Below are positions 40,347 through 49,229 of a stretch of DNA of 64,000 nucleotides, piece by piece (position 1 is the first letter of the stretch; each line of letters begins with the position of its first letter). Both the position numbers and the translations under genes were made by a program. This DNA is from Puniceicoccales bacterium (GTDB lineage: Bacteria; Verrucomicrobiota; Verrucomicrobiia; Opitutales; JAIRKQ01), in assembly GCA_031260055.1 (NCBI GenBank), contig JAIRKQ010000003.1, forward strand, positions 9,113 through 73,112, given 5' to 3'. The notes below the pieces were generated by a model. That model did no database searches. It saw nothing but the letters and a program-made list of their open reading frames with translations, and had not been told where the DNA came from.

Positions 40347-40437
40347 CTTGCTGAAGCTGAAGCTACAAAGATCAATTCCTAAGTAAAGTATAACTTTAAC
40401 AAACGTTATCTATTTTTCGTGGGTATTGTAATAAATT

Positions 40438-40469
40438 AAAAACGCACCGCTAGAGGATGGTGCGTTTTT
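40438..40469 (-). terminator. Rho-independent terminator downstream of ftsL
   Basis: AAAAACGCACC-(10 nt loop)-GGTGCGTTTTT. It has a perfect 7 bp GC-rich stem with A/T tracts on both sides and lies 25 nt after the ftsL-like stop. Confidence 0.7.
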
Positions 40470-40493
40470 ACTATTACAATTGTCGTAATTTTA

Positions 40494-40892
40494 TTAATTA
40501 CGCATGGTTAGACTAGTTTGTTTTGGAAATTTTTCCTGGGAAAATTGATTTGCGACTTTGTTACCTGAATGGTTTAAAGCATAAAAACTGACATCTGTTT
40601 TTGACACTTTTACCATATTGTGCACATCTGCCATCACAAGACCATTTGCTTCGATGAATTCACGTAGAGACTGGGTAGAACTAAGTTTTAAAATTTTCGT
40701 ATCCAGTTCTGTGTTTTTTGTGACGTATAGGGATAAAACCCCTTCATATTCTGATATTTTTCGCCCACATGATATTATATTTTGCCTCGCTTTAACCAAA
40801 AACAAAGACAGAAAAAATGACATAAAAACACTGCCTATGCACAACAATGTACAAATTTGAAAAAATCTGTCTGACTTGTTTCTCATATTCAA
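40494..40892 (-). CDS. ftsL: FtsL-like bitopic cell-division protein
   Basis: Short cytoplasmic N-terminus, one TM (ICTLLCIGSVFMSFFLSLFLV), then a coiled-coil. It sits in the conserved position immediately after rsmH, with a 4 nt overlap. Confidence 0.5.
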   Translation of the reverse strand: MNMRNKSDRFFQICTLLCIGSVFMSFFLSLFLVKARQNIISCGRKISEYEGVLSLYVTKNTELDTKILKLSSTQSLREFIEANGLVMADVHNMVKVSKTDVSFYALNHSGNKVANQFSQEKFPKQTSLTMRN

Positions 40893-41833
40893 TCTAGTAT
40901 GCTGCGTGTTTTTTCTAAAATGCGTAATTTGGCAGATCGGCTGCGCGGATTACAACCAACTTCGGTCTCATCGGAAGTAATCGGCTTTTTCGTTAAAATA
41001 TTGGCATAGGAAACCCGATTCTGTTGGGGTTGACTATCGAATTTGTCGATCGCTTTTCCGGCCATTTGGTTGAAAAACTTTTTAACGATTTTGTCCTCTA
41101 GTGAATGAAAACTGATCACAGCTAGTCGTCCACCTACCGCCAATTTGTCGAATAAAATTGGCAGTGCTGTTTCTAGGGAGCCCAACTCATCGTTGATGAA
41201 AATTCTTATCCCTTGAAATGTTTTCGTAGCTGGATGAATTTTTTGTCCCTTTTTCTTTGGAATACAACCGGAAATGATTTTAGCAAAACTATCGGCATAT
41301 TTCATATCCGGACTTTTTCTGTTGTCCAAAATAACAGAGATGATTTTTTTCCAATGTTCCTCCTCTCCGTAATCCCTAACGGCTGTTATTAATTCCCGTT
41401 CACTGGCCTTGTATAGAAAGTCCGCCGCCGTGATCCCATGGCCGTTATCCATGCGCATGTCCAATGGACTATGATATTTAAAAGAAAACCCTCTGCTTTC
41501 GTCATCAAGTTGAAAGGATGAAACGCCTAAATCCATTACGATGCCATCTAGTGGGGGCATACGCAGGCAGCCAACCTCGGAAAAATTAACCTGATAAAAT
41601 CTAAAATTACTGTAGGTCAGCGAAAGCTTTTGGGCTCGTTGCTTAGCACTTGGATCGCAGTCGATGGCATAGACAAAATTCTTTTCATTGGCCTGCAACA
41701 AGGCTTCACTATGTCCTCCCCCTCCGAACGTACAGTCCAAAAACTGTCCACCTCTGGATGGATTTAGCCATTTTACAACATCGTTCAAAAGGACCGAACA
41801 ATGGGATAATAATAACTGTGCCTCTTCTATCAT
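40889..41833 (-). CDS. rsmH: 16S rRNA (cytosine1402-N4)-methyltransferase
   Basis: HCSVLLNDVV..L....GQFLDCTFGGGGHSEALL, DLGVSSFQLD, ISFHSLEDKIVK and NPRSRSAKLR. Confidence 0.93.
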   Translation of the reverse strand: MIEEAQLLLSHCSVLLNDVVKWLNPSRGGQFLDCTFGGGGHSEALLQANEKNFVYAIDCDPSAKQRAQKLSLTYSNFRFYQVNFSEVGCLRMPPLDGIVMDLGVSSFQLDDESRGFSFKYHSPLDMRMDNGHGITAADFLYKASERELITAVRDYGEEEHWKKIISVILDNRKSPDMKYADSFAKIISGCIPKKKGQKIHPATKTFQGIRIFINDELGSLETALPILFDKLAVGGRLAVISFHSLEDKIVKKFFNQMAGKAIDKFDSQPQQNRVSYANILTKKPITSDETEVGCNPRSRSAKLRILEKTRSILD

Positions 41834-42288
41834 AGTCCAAGTTGTGTTAAGATTACGCTGATTTCGTCGTCCTCTTCCTCATCCTTGCTCAAATATTTTT
41901 CGTACCTCAGCGGATCCCAAATGCTGAAAGTTACAAAATTACCCACCATCAGGATTTCCCTGTTTAATCCTCCGTGAGCACAAAGCATTTGATTGAGCAA
42001 AATCCTCCCCTGGCTATCACAGGTAAGCTGATCAGCCTTTGAAAAAAGTTTCGTGAGGGTTTTTTGCCCTTTTTTATCTCCTAGGCTTACATTGGAAGCT
42101 TTTTCTCTCAATTTTTCTACCATTTTGGGAGGATAAACGATTATGCATCCGGATGGATTAGGAATGGCAATGTATACTTCATGTTGCTCAGACCCAAATC
42201 TCCATTTCGCCGGCAATAATACCCTACCCTTCTCGTCCGGGCTGCGCCGATGCTCACCTACGTAAATATTATTTGAGTTTTGTAACAT
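41830..42288 (-). CDS. mraZ: Transcriptional regulator MraZ
   Basis: The two halves each carry a D.KGR-type motif (PDEKGRVLLPAKWR and CDSQGRILLNQML). 152 aa. 4 nt overlap with rsmH. Confidence 0.9.
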   Translation of the reverse strand: MLQNSNNIYVGEHRRSPDEKGRVLLPAKWRFGSEQHEVYIAIPNPSGCIIVYPPKMVEKLREKASNVSLGDKKGQKTLTKLFSKADQLTCDSQGRILLNQMLCAHGGLNREILMVGNFVTFSIWDPLRYEKYLSKDEEEDDEISVILTQLGL

Positions 42289-42300
42289 CTTTACCTAAAA

Positions 42301-42343
42301 TCACCACTTCTATACAGTATCTCCCATTTTTCCCCACAGTCAA
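42301..42343 (-). promoter_or_regulatory. Putative mraZ promoter with overlapping MraZ operator (TGGG-type direct repeats at 10 nt phasing)
   Basis: The minus strand reads TTGACT-GTGGGGAAAAATGGGAGATACTGTATAGAAGTGGTG. There is a -35 TTGACT and a possible -10 GATACT after 16 nt. Boxes TGGGG, TGGGA, (TGTA) and TGGTG are spaced exactly 10 nt apart, ending 15 nt before the mraZ ATG. Confidence 0.4.
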
Positions 42344-42636
42344 TAAATATTATAGAAAATTTGGTTAGGAAAAATGCAAAATATGCCCTGAGCACCGTTC
42401 CCACGAAAGGCAGCAGCGGGTAAAAATTTTTTATAAAAATTTTGATTCCCTTATCATATTTCCAATGAATGTTCATAAAATTTCATTCCAAATTAGGGAC
42501 ATTGAATGGCTGTCATGCTTGAAATCGGGCCTGTGGATTTGACCATAGTTTTTCCCAAAAATTTTCCCCACGGAGCATTTTGATATCACTTTACTTTGGA
42601 CAGATAACTTGCAGGATTTGCACAGCATAGGATTCT

Positions 42637-43893
42637 ATGCAAAAAAGTTTTGTGGGAGGAAATTTAGACAAAAGTCAAAGCCAATACCGGGTAATTGCTC
42701 TTCGCTGGCGTCCGAAAACTTTTAAGGAAATCATTGGGCAGGATCACATAGTTAGGACATTAACCAATGCCATAAATATGGGTCGTGTTGCCCATGCCTA
42801 CCTATTCGTTGGCCCTCGGGGAACGGGGAAAACCACTACTGCCCGCCTATTGGCCATGGCCCTAAATGCTAGCGGTGGGCCCTCCGTAGATTTCGACCCC
42901 GACGATGAAATTTCACACTCCATAGCATCAGGAAACTGCTTGGACGTCATAGAAATCGATGGAGCATCCAATAATTCCGTCGAACAAATTCGGGATCTTC
43001 GCGAAGAATGCCGGTATGCTCCTATCTCATGCAAATATAAAATATACATCATCGACGAAGTGCATATGCTATCAAATGCCGCTTTTAATGCGTTACTTAA
43101 GACCCTCGAAGAACCACCGGCCCACGTAAAATTTATCTTTGCTACCACCGAGGCACATAAAGTTTTGCCTACCATAGCATCTCGATGCCAACGGTTTTCT
43201 TTCCGTCCCGTACCAATTGCCACGTTGGCCGAAAAATTATTCGCAATCGCCCAAAGCGAAGGAATAAAAATCTCCGAAAGCGCGCTCCTTACAATTGCTC
43301 GCCTTGCCAATGGTGGCGTCAGAGATGCGGAATCGATTCTTGACCGAATGGCAACCTTTTGTGGAAACGAAATAACCCTAGAAGCAATAAACCTTGCCTA
43401 TGGGTTAGCCGATAATGATGCCATTGATGGCATAATTAGCAGTATTTACTACGGTGACTACAAAAAGCTCATAAAAATTTCCCATGAAATTTCATCGCAA
43501 AATTGTGACATGTACAGGGTTTTGTGCGACGTAGAAGCGAGGATTTACGAACAGCTGGAAAGTATTTTGGATGGGGATGGCAATTACCCCGACCGTATGG
43601 TTCGGATATTGGAAGAAATTCACCGGTCAAAGGAATCCGTCAAAACTGGAATTTCCGAAACCATAAACTTTGAAACCACCCTACTGAAGGCTGCTGAACG
43701 TGGACAATCCCGTGCCATCGATGCCATCCTACAAGACATTCGAGCACTAAAATCTGAAGATGCAAAGAATCAACCCATTGCCATTTCCGACGATGACACC
43801 GAAAAAAAGAAGTCACGGTTGCCATCCGAAGTACAGTCGATATTGAAAGAAGGTTTTCGTGCCAAGCTAAGCATTTTAAAGTCCGATGGATGA
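42637..43893 (+). CDS. dnaX: DNA polymerase III gamma/tau subunit (short form, 418 aa)
   Basis: YRVIALRWRPKTFKEIIGQDHIVRTLTNAINMGRVAHAYLFVGPRGTGKTTTARLLA, IIDEVHMLS and ATTEAHKVLPTIASRCQRF. Confidence 0.92.
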   Translation: MQKSFVGGNLDKSQSQYRVIALRWRPKTFKEIIGQDHIVRTLTNAINMGRVAHAYLFVGPRGTGKTTTARLLAMALNASGGPSVDFDPDDEISHSIASGNCLDVIEIDGASNNSVEQIRDLREECRYAPISCKYKIYIIDEVHMLSNAAFNALLKTLEEPPAHVKFIFATTEAHKVLPTIASRCQRFSFRPVPIATLAEKLFAIAQSEGIKISESALLTIARLANGGVRDAESILDRMATFCGNEITLEAINLAYGLADNDAIDGIISSIYYGDYKKLIKISHEISSQNCDMYRVLCDVEARIYEQLESILDGDGNYPDRMVRILEEIHRSKESVKTGISETINFETTLLKAAERGQSRAIDAILQDIRALKSEDAKNQPIAISDDDTEKKKSRLPSEVQSILKEGFRAKLSILKSDG

Positions 43894-44800
43894 AACGTCA
43901 TCAGTTTTGAAAGAGGATATCGATGCCTTCCTTGTGCACCTGGAATTGGAAAAGGGAAGTAGCAAAAATACCGTAGCCAGTTATGAAAATGACCTATCGG
44001 CTCTCGTAGAGTTTTTTTCGAAACACGCTCTAAAAAGCTGGTCAGAAGTTTCATTGGAAATACTGCGCCAATGGCTAACATTCCTAGACAAATCTAGGTG
44101 TTCGTCGGCCACGGTGGCAAGGAAGTTGTCCGCTTTGCGGTCATTTTCCAAATTTGCAAAATCCCGAAATATGGCAAACTTGGACGTTGCCAAACAGTTA
44201 AAACGTCCTCGCTGTATGCGAAAATTGCCGGACACATTGGCATCGGAGGAAGTGGCAAAAATTTTGGAATTAGATGGAGAAAAGTCTCCACTAACCATGC
44301 GGGACAGTGCAATGTTTGAACTGATTTATAGCAGCGGCCTGAGAGTGTCCGAATTGTGTGATATTAAAATTCAGGCCGTCGATTTTGAAAACTGTTTCCT
44401 TCGGGTACACGGCAAAGGAGCGAAGGAAAGGAGTGTCCCATTTGGATCCATTGCCAAATCAAAGCTGGAACGATACCTAACCGTCGCACGTCCAAAATTC
44501 GTAAAATCCAAAACGGATAGCACATTTTTCATAGGGATAACAGGCCGCAAACTATCCAGAAAAACCGTATGGATGCACCTAAAAAAATACATAAAACTAG
44601 CAGGGATAGAAAAATCCGTAACTCCCCACACTTTACGCCATTCCTTTGCTACACACCTACTAGAAAATGGAGCAGACCTGCGTTCCATACAGGAAATGCT
44701 CGGCCATGCGGATATTTCCACTACCCAAATTTATACAGCCGTCGACAAGAAGCGCCTCATGTCCGACTACAGAAAGCTCCATCAACGGGATAAATTTTAA
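43886..44800 (+). CDS. Site-specific tyrosine recombinase, XerC/XerD family
   Basis: N-terminal SAM-like domain (FLVHLELEKGSSKNTVASYENDL). Catalytic blocks GLRVSEL, HTLRHSFATHLLENGADLRSIQEMLGHADISTTQIYT. Confidence 0.88.
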   Translation: MDETSSVLKEDIDAFLVHLELEKGSSKNTVASYENDLSALVEFFSKHALKSWSEVSLEILRQWLTFLDKSRCSSATVARKLSALRSFSKFAKSRNMANLDVAKQLKRPRCMRKLPDTLASEEVAKILELDGEKSPLTMRDSAMFELIYSSGLRVSELCDIKIQAVDFENCFLRVHGKGAKERSVPFGSIAKSKLERYLTVARPKFVKSKTDSTFFIGITGRKLSRKTVWMHLKKYIKLAGIEKSVTPHTLRHSFATHLLENGADLRSIQEMLGHADISTTQIYTAVDKKRLMSDYRKLHQRDKF

Positions 44801-44847
44801 GGAGGAAATCGATCCGTCAACGGAAAGCTTCGGTAGAGCAGTCAATT

Positions 44848-46002
44848 TTAATAAACGTCCTTTTGATAGCGTCGATTGTCCTTTAACGATTTTAAAAAAC
44901 CATTGGCCTCATCTTCCGTAAAGTTGCTAAGCTCCATGGCTATTTTTTTTAAAGTATTTTCGACATCCACTGCCATTTTAGACGCATTGCCACAAATGTA
45001 AATATAGGCTCCTTTGGAAATCCATAACCAGAGTTCTTTGCGATGTTCCCAAATTCTATCCTGAACATATATTTTATTTTCCTGATCCCTCGAAAAGGCC
45101 AAATCCAGATTTGTTAGAATGCCAGAACCTTTAAATGCCTGTAATTCTTCCTCGAATAAAAAGTCCGTTGCACGGTTTCTGTCACCGAAAAATAGCCAGC
45201 TTTTCCCGATTTTATCACCTTTGTCCACCATGCATTGTCTCTCTTGTAAAAAACCCCTAAACGGTGCAATTCCTGTTCCCGGTCCAACCATTATAATATT
45301 TGACTCGGCATTTGTTGGCAATGCGAACATGGATTTTACCACAAAAACCCTAATGCCTTCCCCAATGTTTGCACCGTGGGCCAAATAGTTCGATGCAATG
45401 CCATTTCTTTTATTTCCAATGGCGTTTATGTGACTAACAACCCCAACGACAATGTGGATTTCATTTCGGTTGGCGAGGGGAGATGATGCGATGGAATATA
45501 ACCGCGGCATCAAACGGCGTAACTTGGATACCAATTCGCTCGGTTCTACTTTGCAATGGCCATCGATTTTTTTTAAAATCTCCAACAACGAATATGATTT
45601 TGCCAAAACCTGACATTCCGGATCGGAAGAGAGTATTTTATTATTAATAAACGAACCCATGTCGAAATTTGTCTCGATTTCCCCAAGCCACTTCCAAAAT
45701 TGATCAGGTAAATTAGTTATGCAAAGGTATTCCCGTAGGGCAGCAAAAATCGATATTTTCTCGTCTAGAAAAGGAAGATTAACCTGTGTTTCGGGGGATA
45801 TTTTTAACAAGCGCAAAATTTCGGCTGTTTCGTTTTCATTATTTTTAGGGAATACGGCAATCGAATCGCCACATTTGTAGGATATGCCGCTATTACTCAC
45901 ATCGAAAACTAGATGTTGGACATTTTTATCGCTTGCCTGCCCATTCAACCTTCTCCGAAATTTTAAAGGTGCGGTGAATGGGTTATCTTTACTATATGTC
46001 AT
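44848..46002 (-). CDS. CysJ/CPR-type FAD- and NADPH-binding oxidoreductase domain protein (no flavodoxin domain)
   Basis: The RLYSIASSP FAD motif, the MVGPGTGIAPFRGF NADPH motif and a C-terminal YICG...DVY. 384 aa. Confidence 0.8.
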   Translation of the reverse strand: MTYSKDNPFTAPLKFRRRLNGQASDKNVQHLVFDVSNSGISYKCGDSIAVFPKNNENETAEILRLLKISPETQVNLPFLDEKISIFAALREYLCITNLPDQFWKWLGEIETNFDMGSFINNKILSSDPECQVLAKSYSLLEILKKIDGHCKVEPSELVSKLRRLMPRLYSIASSPLANRNEIHIVVGVVSHINAIGNKRNGIASNYLAHGANIGEGIRVFVVKSMFALPTNAESNIIMVGPGTGIAPFRGFLQERQCMVDKGDKIGKSWLFFGDRNRATDFLFEEELQAFKGSGILTNLDLAFSRDQENKIYVQDRIWEHRKELWLWISKGAYIYICGNASKMAVDVENTLKKIAMELSNFTEDEANGFLKSLKDNRRYQKDVY

Positions 46003-46151
46003 TTTCGTAGCTGAAAAAACATGAATATGCTAAAAGTTCAAGACAATTCGAATCCTAGCAAATGACACAAATTTCCCATCAAAGATTTCAAATATTAAAG
46101 ATTGTCTATCCTAAAATTTTTGCTTAAATGGCGTGACTTTAGTGTAAACTT

Positions 46152-46421
46152 ATGAATGAGTCGCTGATTTTGAGTGTAACGTCTAAGGCAATGATTTTGG
46201 TGTTGGTCCTATCGATGCCGCCGATTTTGATAGCTACGGTAGTAGGATTGCTCATTAGCTTATTGCAGGCTTTGACTCAAGTCCAGGAACAAACATTGGG
46301 ATTTGCAGTAAAGTTGATATTTGTAATCGTAGTATTAGCCTTAACTACTCACTGGATAGGTGGTGAAATTTTGGAATTCACTACTTATTTGTTCGATGAA
46401 TTTCCGGTGTTAGCCAAGTAA
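46152..46421 (+). CDS. sctS: Type III secretion export-apparatus protein SctS (FliQ/YscS family)
   Basis: 89 aa with 2 TM. LVLVLSMPPILIATVVGLLISLLQALTQVQEQTLGFAVKLI closely resembles my recollection of YscS. Confidence 0.85.
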   Translation: MNESLILSVTSKAMILVLVLSMPPILIATVVGLLISLLQALTQVQEQTLGFAVKLIFVIVVLALTTHWIGGEILEFTTYLFDEFPVLAK

Positions 46422-46431
46422 TGGGTGGATT

Positions 46432-47220
46432 ATGGATACGCCGATAAAGGAAATATCAAGTACATGCGTATTGATAATTATAGCAATGGCACGATTGGGG
46501 GCGTCATTAGCAGTGGCTCCATTTTTTTCGCGCCAGTTTGTGGTAGGAACCGGACGAAATGTCACCATATTGTCACTGTCTTTGCCACTATTCTATTTGG
46601 TATTTCCAACACTTCCGCAAGGAGAATTTGCCATTCTGACCATGGGTGGACTGCTGATAAAAGAAACTGTTATAGGGATTATTTTGGGATTTGTCACAAG
46701 TTTTATTTTCTATACGGCGGAAGGAGTTGGTTTTATAGTCGATGTTCAACGCGGGTCATCGATGGCAACGATATTTGACCCGATGGCAGGTTCCCAAACG
46801 TCGCTCATGGGAAGTTTTTTGATCCAAATGATGTCGGTGGCATTTTTTTCCGCTGGCGGATTTTTGTTTTTCTTGGATCTCATATATAAGACGTATCAAG
46901 TGTGGCCAGTATTTTCATACTTTCCTAAGTTTGAGGCAGGGTTTGTGGTATTTTTTATGGATCTGATAAAGGATTTGATGGCCGTGATGTTTTCCTTGGC
47001 AGCTCCCATATTGATAGTTTTGTTCCTGGCAGAATTTGGGCTTGGTATGGTCAACAGATTTGCCCCCCAGCTTAATGTTTTCTTCCTAGCAATGCCGGTA
47101 AAAAGTTGGTTGTCGATGATGTTTTTGTTTATGTATTTGTCCATATTGAATCACTTCTTCGAATTGTATTTTACATCCAAAAGTAAACTTGCCGAATTTA
47201 TTAAAATTTTTGTTAGATAG
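46432..47220 (+). CDS. sctT: Type III secretion export-apparatus protein SctT (FliR/YscT family)
   Basis: 262 aa, polytopic. ARLGASLAVAPFF, GFIVDVQRGSSMATIFDP and FLAEFGLGMVNRFAPQLNVFFLAMPVK. Confidence 0.85.
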   Translation: MDTPIKEISSTCVLIIIAMARLGASLAVAPFFSRQFVVGTGRNVTILSLSLPLFYLVFPTLPQGEFAILTMGGLLIKETVIGIILGFVTSFIFYTAEGVGFIVDVQRGSSMATIFDPMAGSQTSLMGSFLIQMMSVAFFSAGGFLFFLDLIYKTYQVWPVFSYFPKFEAGFVVFFMDLIKDLMAVMFSLAAPILIVLFLAEFGLGMVNRFAPQLNVFFLAMPVKSWLSMMFLFMYLSILNHFFELYFTSKSKLAEFIKIFVR

Positions 47221-48303
47221 ATGAGTGGTGAAAAGACAGAAATGCCTACGCCGAAGAAGCTGCGGGACGCTAGGAAAAAAGGCCAAGTGTCTAAAAGTAC
47301 AGACGTGGTTTCCACATCGCTGCTAATAGGCTTGTATGCATATATAGGCATTGGATGGTCCAGTCACGTAAAAGCCATAGGGGATATGCTCGTTTTTCCC
47401 ATAAGCTACCTATCGGAAGATTTTAAAATGGCCTATTCCAACGTCATCGTTGGGATTTTCAAACAAATGATTAGCGTCGTGTTGCCTGCACTTGGGATTT
47501 GCATGATCATGGCTGTGGTTGCAAATTGTGCCCAAATTGGTTTTTTGCTTACTTTCGAAACGGTAAAGCCGGATTTAAAAAAACTTAATCCTGCGGAAAA
47601 AATTAAACAAATCTTTTCAAAAAAAAATCTCTTCGAATTTTTAAAATCGGCCCTAAAAATAATATTCTTGGGCATATTGATTTACATGGTCATAAAAAAT
47701 CTAATCCGAGATTTGCTCCTGTTGCCATTCTATGGTCTCAAGGGAGTGATCAACATCTTGGGACCAATAATGAAACGATTTGCATATAATGTGATCTTTG
47801 CATACGTTGTGGTTGCGTGTATCGATTTTGTCTTTCAAAAGCGAAATTTTATGGAAAAAATGAAAATGTCTAAGGACGAGGTAAAACGGGAGTACAAGGA
47901 AATGGAAGGAGATCCACAAATTAAGGGAAAACGCAAACAGTTACATCGCGAAATGATCGAGCAAGATGCCCCCCGAAGGACAAAGCAATCCAGCGTGTTG
48001 ATAACAAACCCTGAACATATCGCCGTAGCCGTGTACTATAATATGAAAGGTAAAGGCTCTTCTTTGCCCATCATTTTAGCGACTGGGCAAGGAGCCATTG
48101 CAGAGGAAATGATACGGGTAGCACGGGAAAATAATATTCCAATCATGCGCAATGTACCACTGGCACATTCTCTCATGGACGTTGGAGAAGTAATGACTTT
48201 TATTCCTACGGAACTAATTGAGCCGGTGGCTGAGGTGCTGCGTTGGGTATATGAAATGAAAGAACAGCATGAGCAAGGCATGGGACTTGAAGGTGAAAGT
48301 TGA
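47221..48303 (+). CDS. sctU: Type III secretion substrate-specificity switch protein SctU (FlhB/YscU family), NPEH variant of the NPTH autocleavage site
   Basis: MSGEKTEMPTPKKLRDARKKGQVSKS N-terminus, 4 TM, KMSKDEVKREYKEMEGDPQIKGKRKQ, LITNPEHIAVAVYY and a C-terminal AEVLRWVY. The ATG directly abuts the sctT stop. Confidence 0.88.
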   Translation: MSGEKTEMPTPKKLRDARKKGQVSKSTDVVSTSLLIGLYAYIGIGWSSHVKAIGDMLVFPISYLSEDFKMAYSNVIVGIFKQMISVVLPALGICMIMAVVANCAQIGFLLTFETVKPDLKKLNPAEKIKQIFSKKNLFEFLKSALKIIFLGILIYMVIKNLIRDLLLLPFYGLKGVINILGPIMKRFAYNVIFAYVVVACIDFVFQKRNFMEKMKMSKDEVKREYKEMEGDPQIKGKRKQLHREMIEQDAPRRTKQSSVLITNPEHIAVAVYYNMKGKGSSLPIILATGQGAIAEEMIRVARENNIPIMRNVPLAHSLMDVGEVMTFIPTELIEPVAEVLRWVYEMKEQHEQGMGLEGES

Positions 48304-48324
48304 TGATTTCCGGCGGTAGAAATT

Positions 48325-49185
48325 ATGGCTCCCAGGATATTTTACAAAGAAATTAACAAACAATCAGCCAAGCCAATGTCATTATTAAAGCAAACACTGC
48401 TTGACTTAGAAAACCTCAAAATCATTCCTTCTAAAAAACTTAGTCAAAACTTTTTAATCGATGGCAATGTGGTCGATAAAGTTATGGTAATTTCAGATGT
48501 AAGAGATGGTGATGCGATCGTTGAGATTGGTTCGGGACTTGGAGCATTGTCGGAAAAAATTTTAGATGTCGGAGCCAAATTGTTTACCATCGAATTGGAC
48601 AGACGCCTTTTCAATTTTCTAAAATCAAAATTCATGGATTACGACAATTTATGGTTGATGCATGGTGATGCGGTGGATTTCCCGATCGCCGGATTACCAC
48701 AAAATATAAGCAATTTTAAAATAGTTTCTAACCTGCCCTATTCAATTTCATCGACCTGGGTAAGCGCTCTTTTGGAATGCTACAATTTGCCACAGAGCAT
48801 AAGTTTAATCACACAAACCGAAACGGCACAGAGATTTTTTGCTTCCACCAGGCCTTCGAAAATCTGTCCTATTTCAATTTTTGTCCAATCGGCATACGAT
48901 AGGGTTTGTACACATAAGGTGGCTGCAAACTCATTCTATCCCGAACCGATGGTGTCATCGGTTCTGATATCAATGGTAAAAAAGCAAAGCCCATTCCTTT
49001 TCAAACCAAGAACAAAACAGGCTATTAGGTGGATTTTTACAAAAAGAAGAAAACAAATGGGCGGAATCGGAAAGGATGGATGTACCGAATTGCAAAACTG
49101 GCTATGGGAATGTAAAATTGACACACACCAACGGCCCGAGGAAATCTCCATGCAACAGTGGCAAATGTTTGATAAATTTTTCTGA
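48325..49185 (+). CDS. rsmA: 16S rRNA (adenine1518/1519-N6)-dimethyltransferase
   Basis: KKLSQNFLIDGNVVDKV, the SAM-binding motif VEIGSGLGALSEKIL and SNLPYSISS. The start may be ATG 48376. Confidence 0.9.
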   Translation: MAPRIFYKEINKQSAKPMSLLKQTLLDLENLKIIPSKKLSQNFLIDGNVVDKVMVISDVRDGDAIVEIGSGLGALSEKILDVGAKLFTIELDRRLFNFLKSKFMDYDNLWLMHGDAVDFPIAGLPQNISNFKIVSNLPYSISSTWVSALLECYNLPQSISLITQTETAQRFFASTRPSKICPISIFVQSAYDRVCTHKVAANSFYPEPMVSSVLISMVKKQSPFLFKPRTKQAIRWIFTKRRKQMGGIGKDGCTELQNWLWECKIDTHQRPEEISMQQWQMFDKFF

Positions 49186-49229
49186 GAAATTGTCTGTAAG
49201 GTCCGGAAGAAGTGATTACCATGTAATTC

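Noticed and set aside
42380-42425. A possible SRP (4.5S) RNA upstream of dnaX, a common location. The segment is GCCCTGAGCACCGTTCCCACGAAAGGCAGCAGCGGGT, with GAAA and AGCAGC elements.
   Set aside because: On neither strand could I fold it into the conserved domain IV helix (GNAR tetraloop closed by the GGAAGCAGC-type symmetric and asymmetric loops). A covariance-model search (Rfam RF00169) would be decisive.
42291-42476. A 61 aa minus-strand ORF upstream of mraZ.
   Set aside because: It overlaps the putative mraZ promoter/operator, is AT-rich with odd composition, and has no RBS.
43803-43809. An A-AAA-AAG heptamer in the dnaX zero frame, identical to the E. coli dnaX -1 frameshift slippery site.
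   Set aside because: It lies only ~28 codons before the natural stop. The -1 frame stays open for a similar length, so slippage would not yield a truncated gamma subunit. No downstream stem-loop was seen. It is probably a coincidental Lys-rich run.
46425-46778. A 117 aa ORF in an alternative + frame overlapping the start of sctT.
   Set aside because: The 46432..47220 frame gives the full-length FliR/YscT-like polytopic protein. The alternative frame has no recognisable features.
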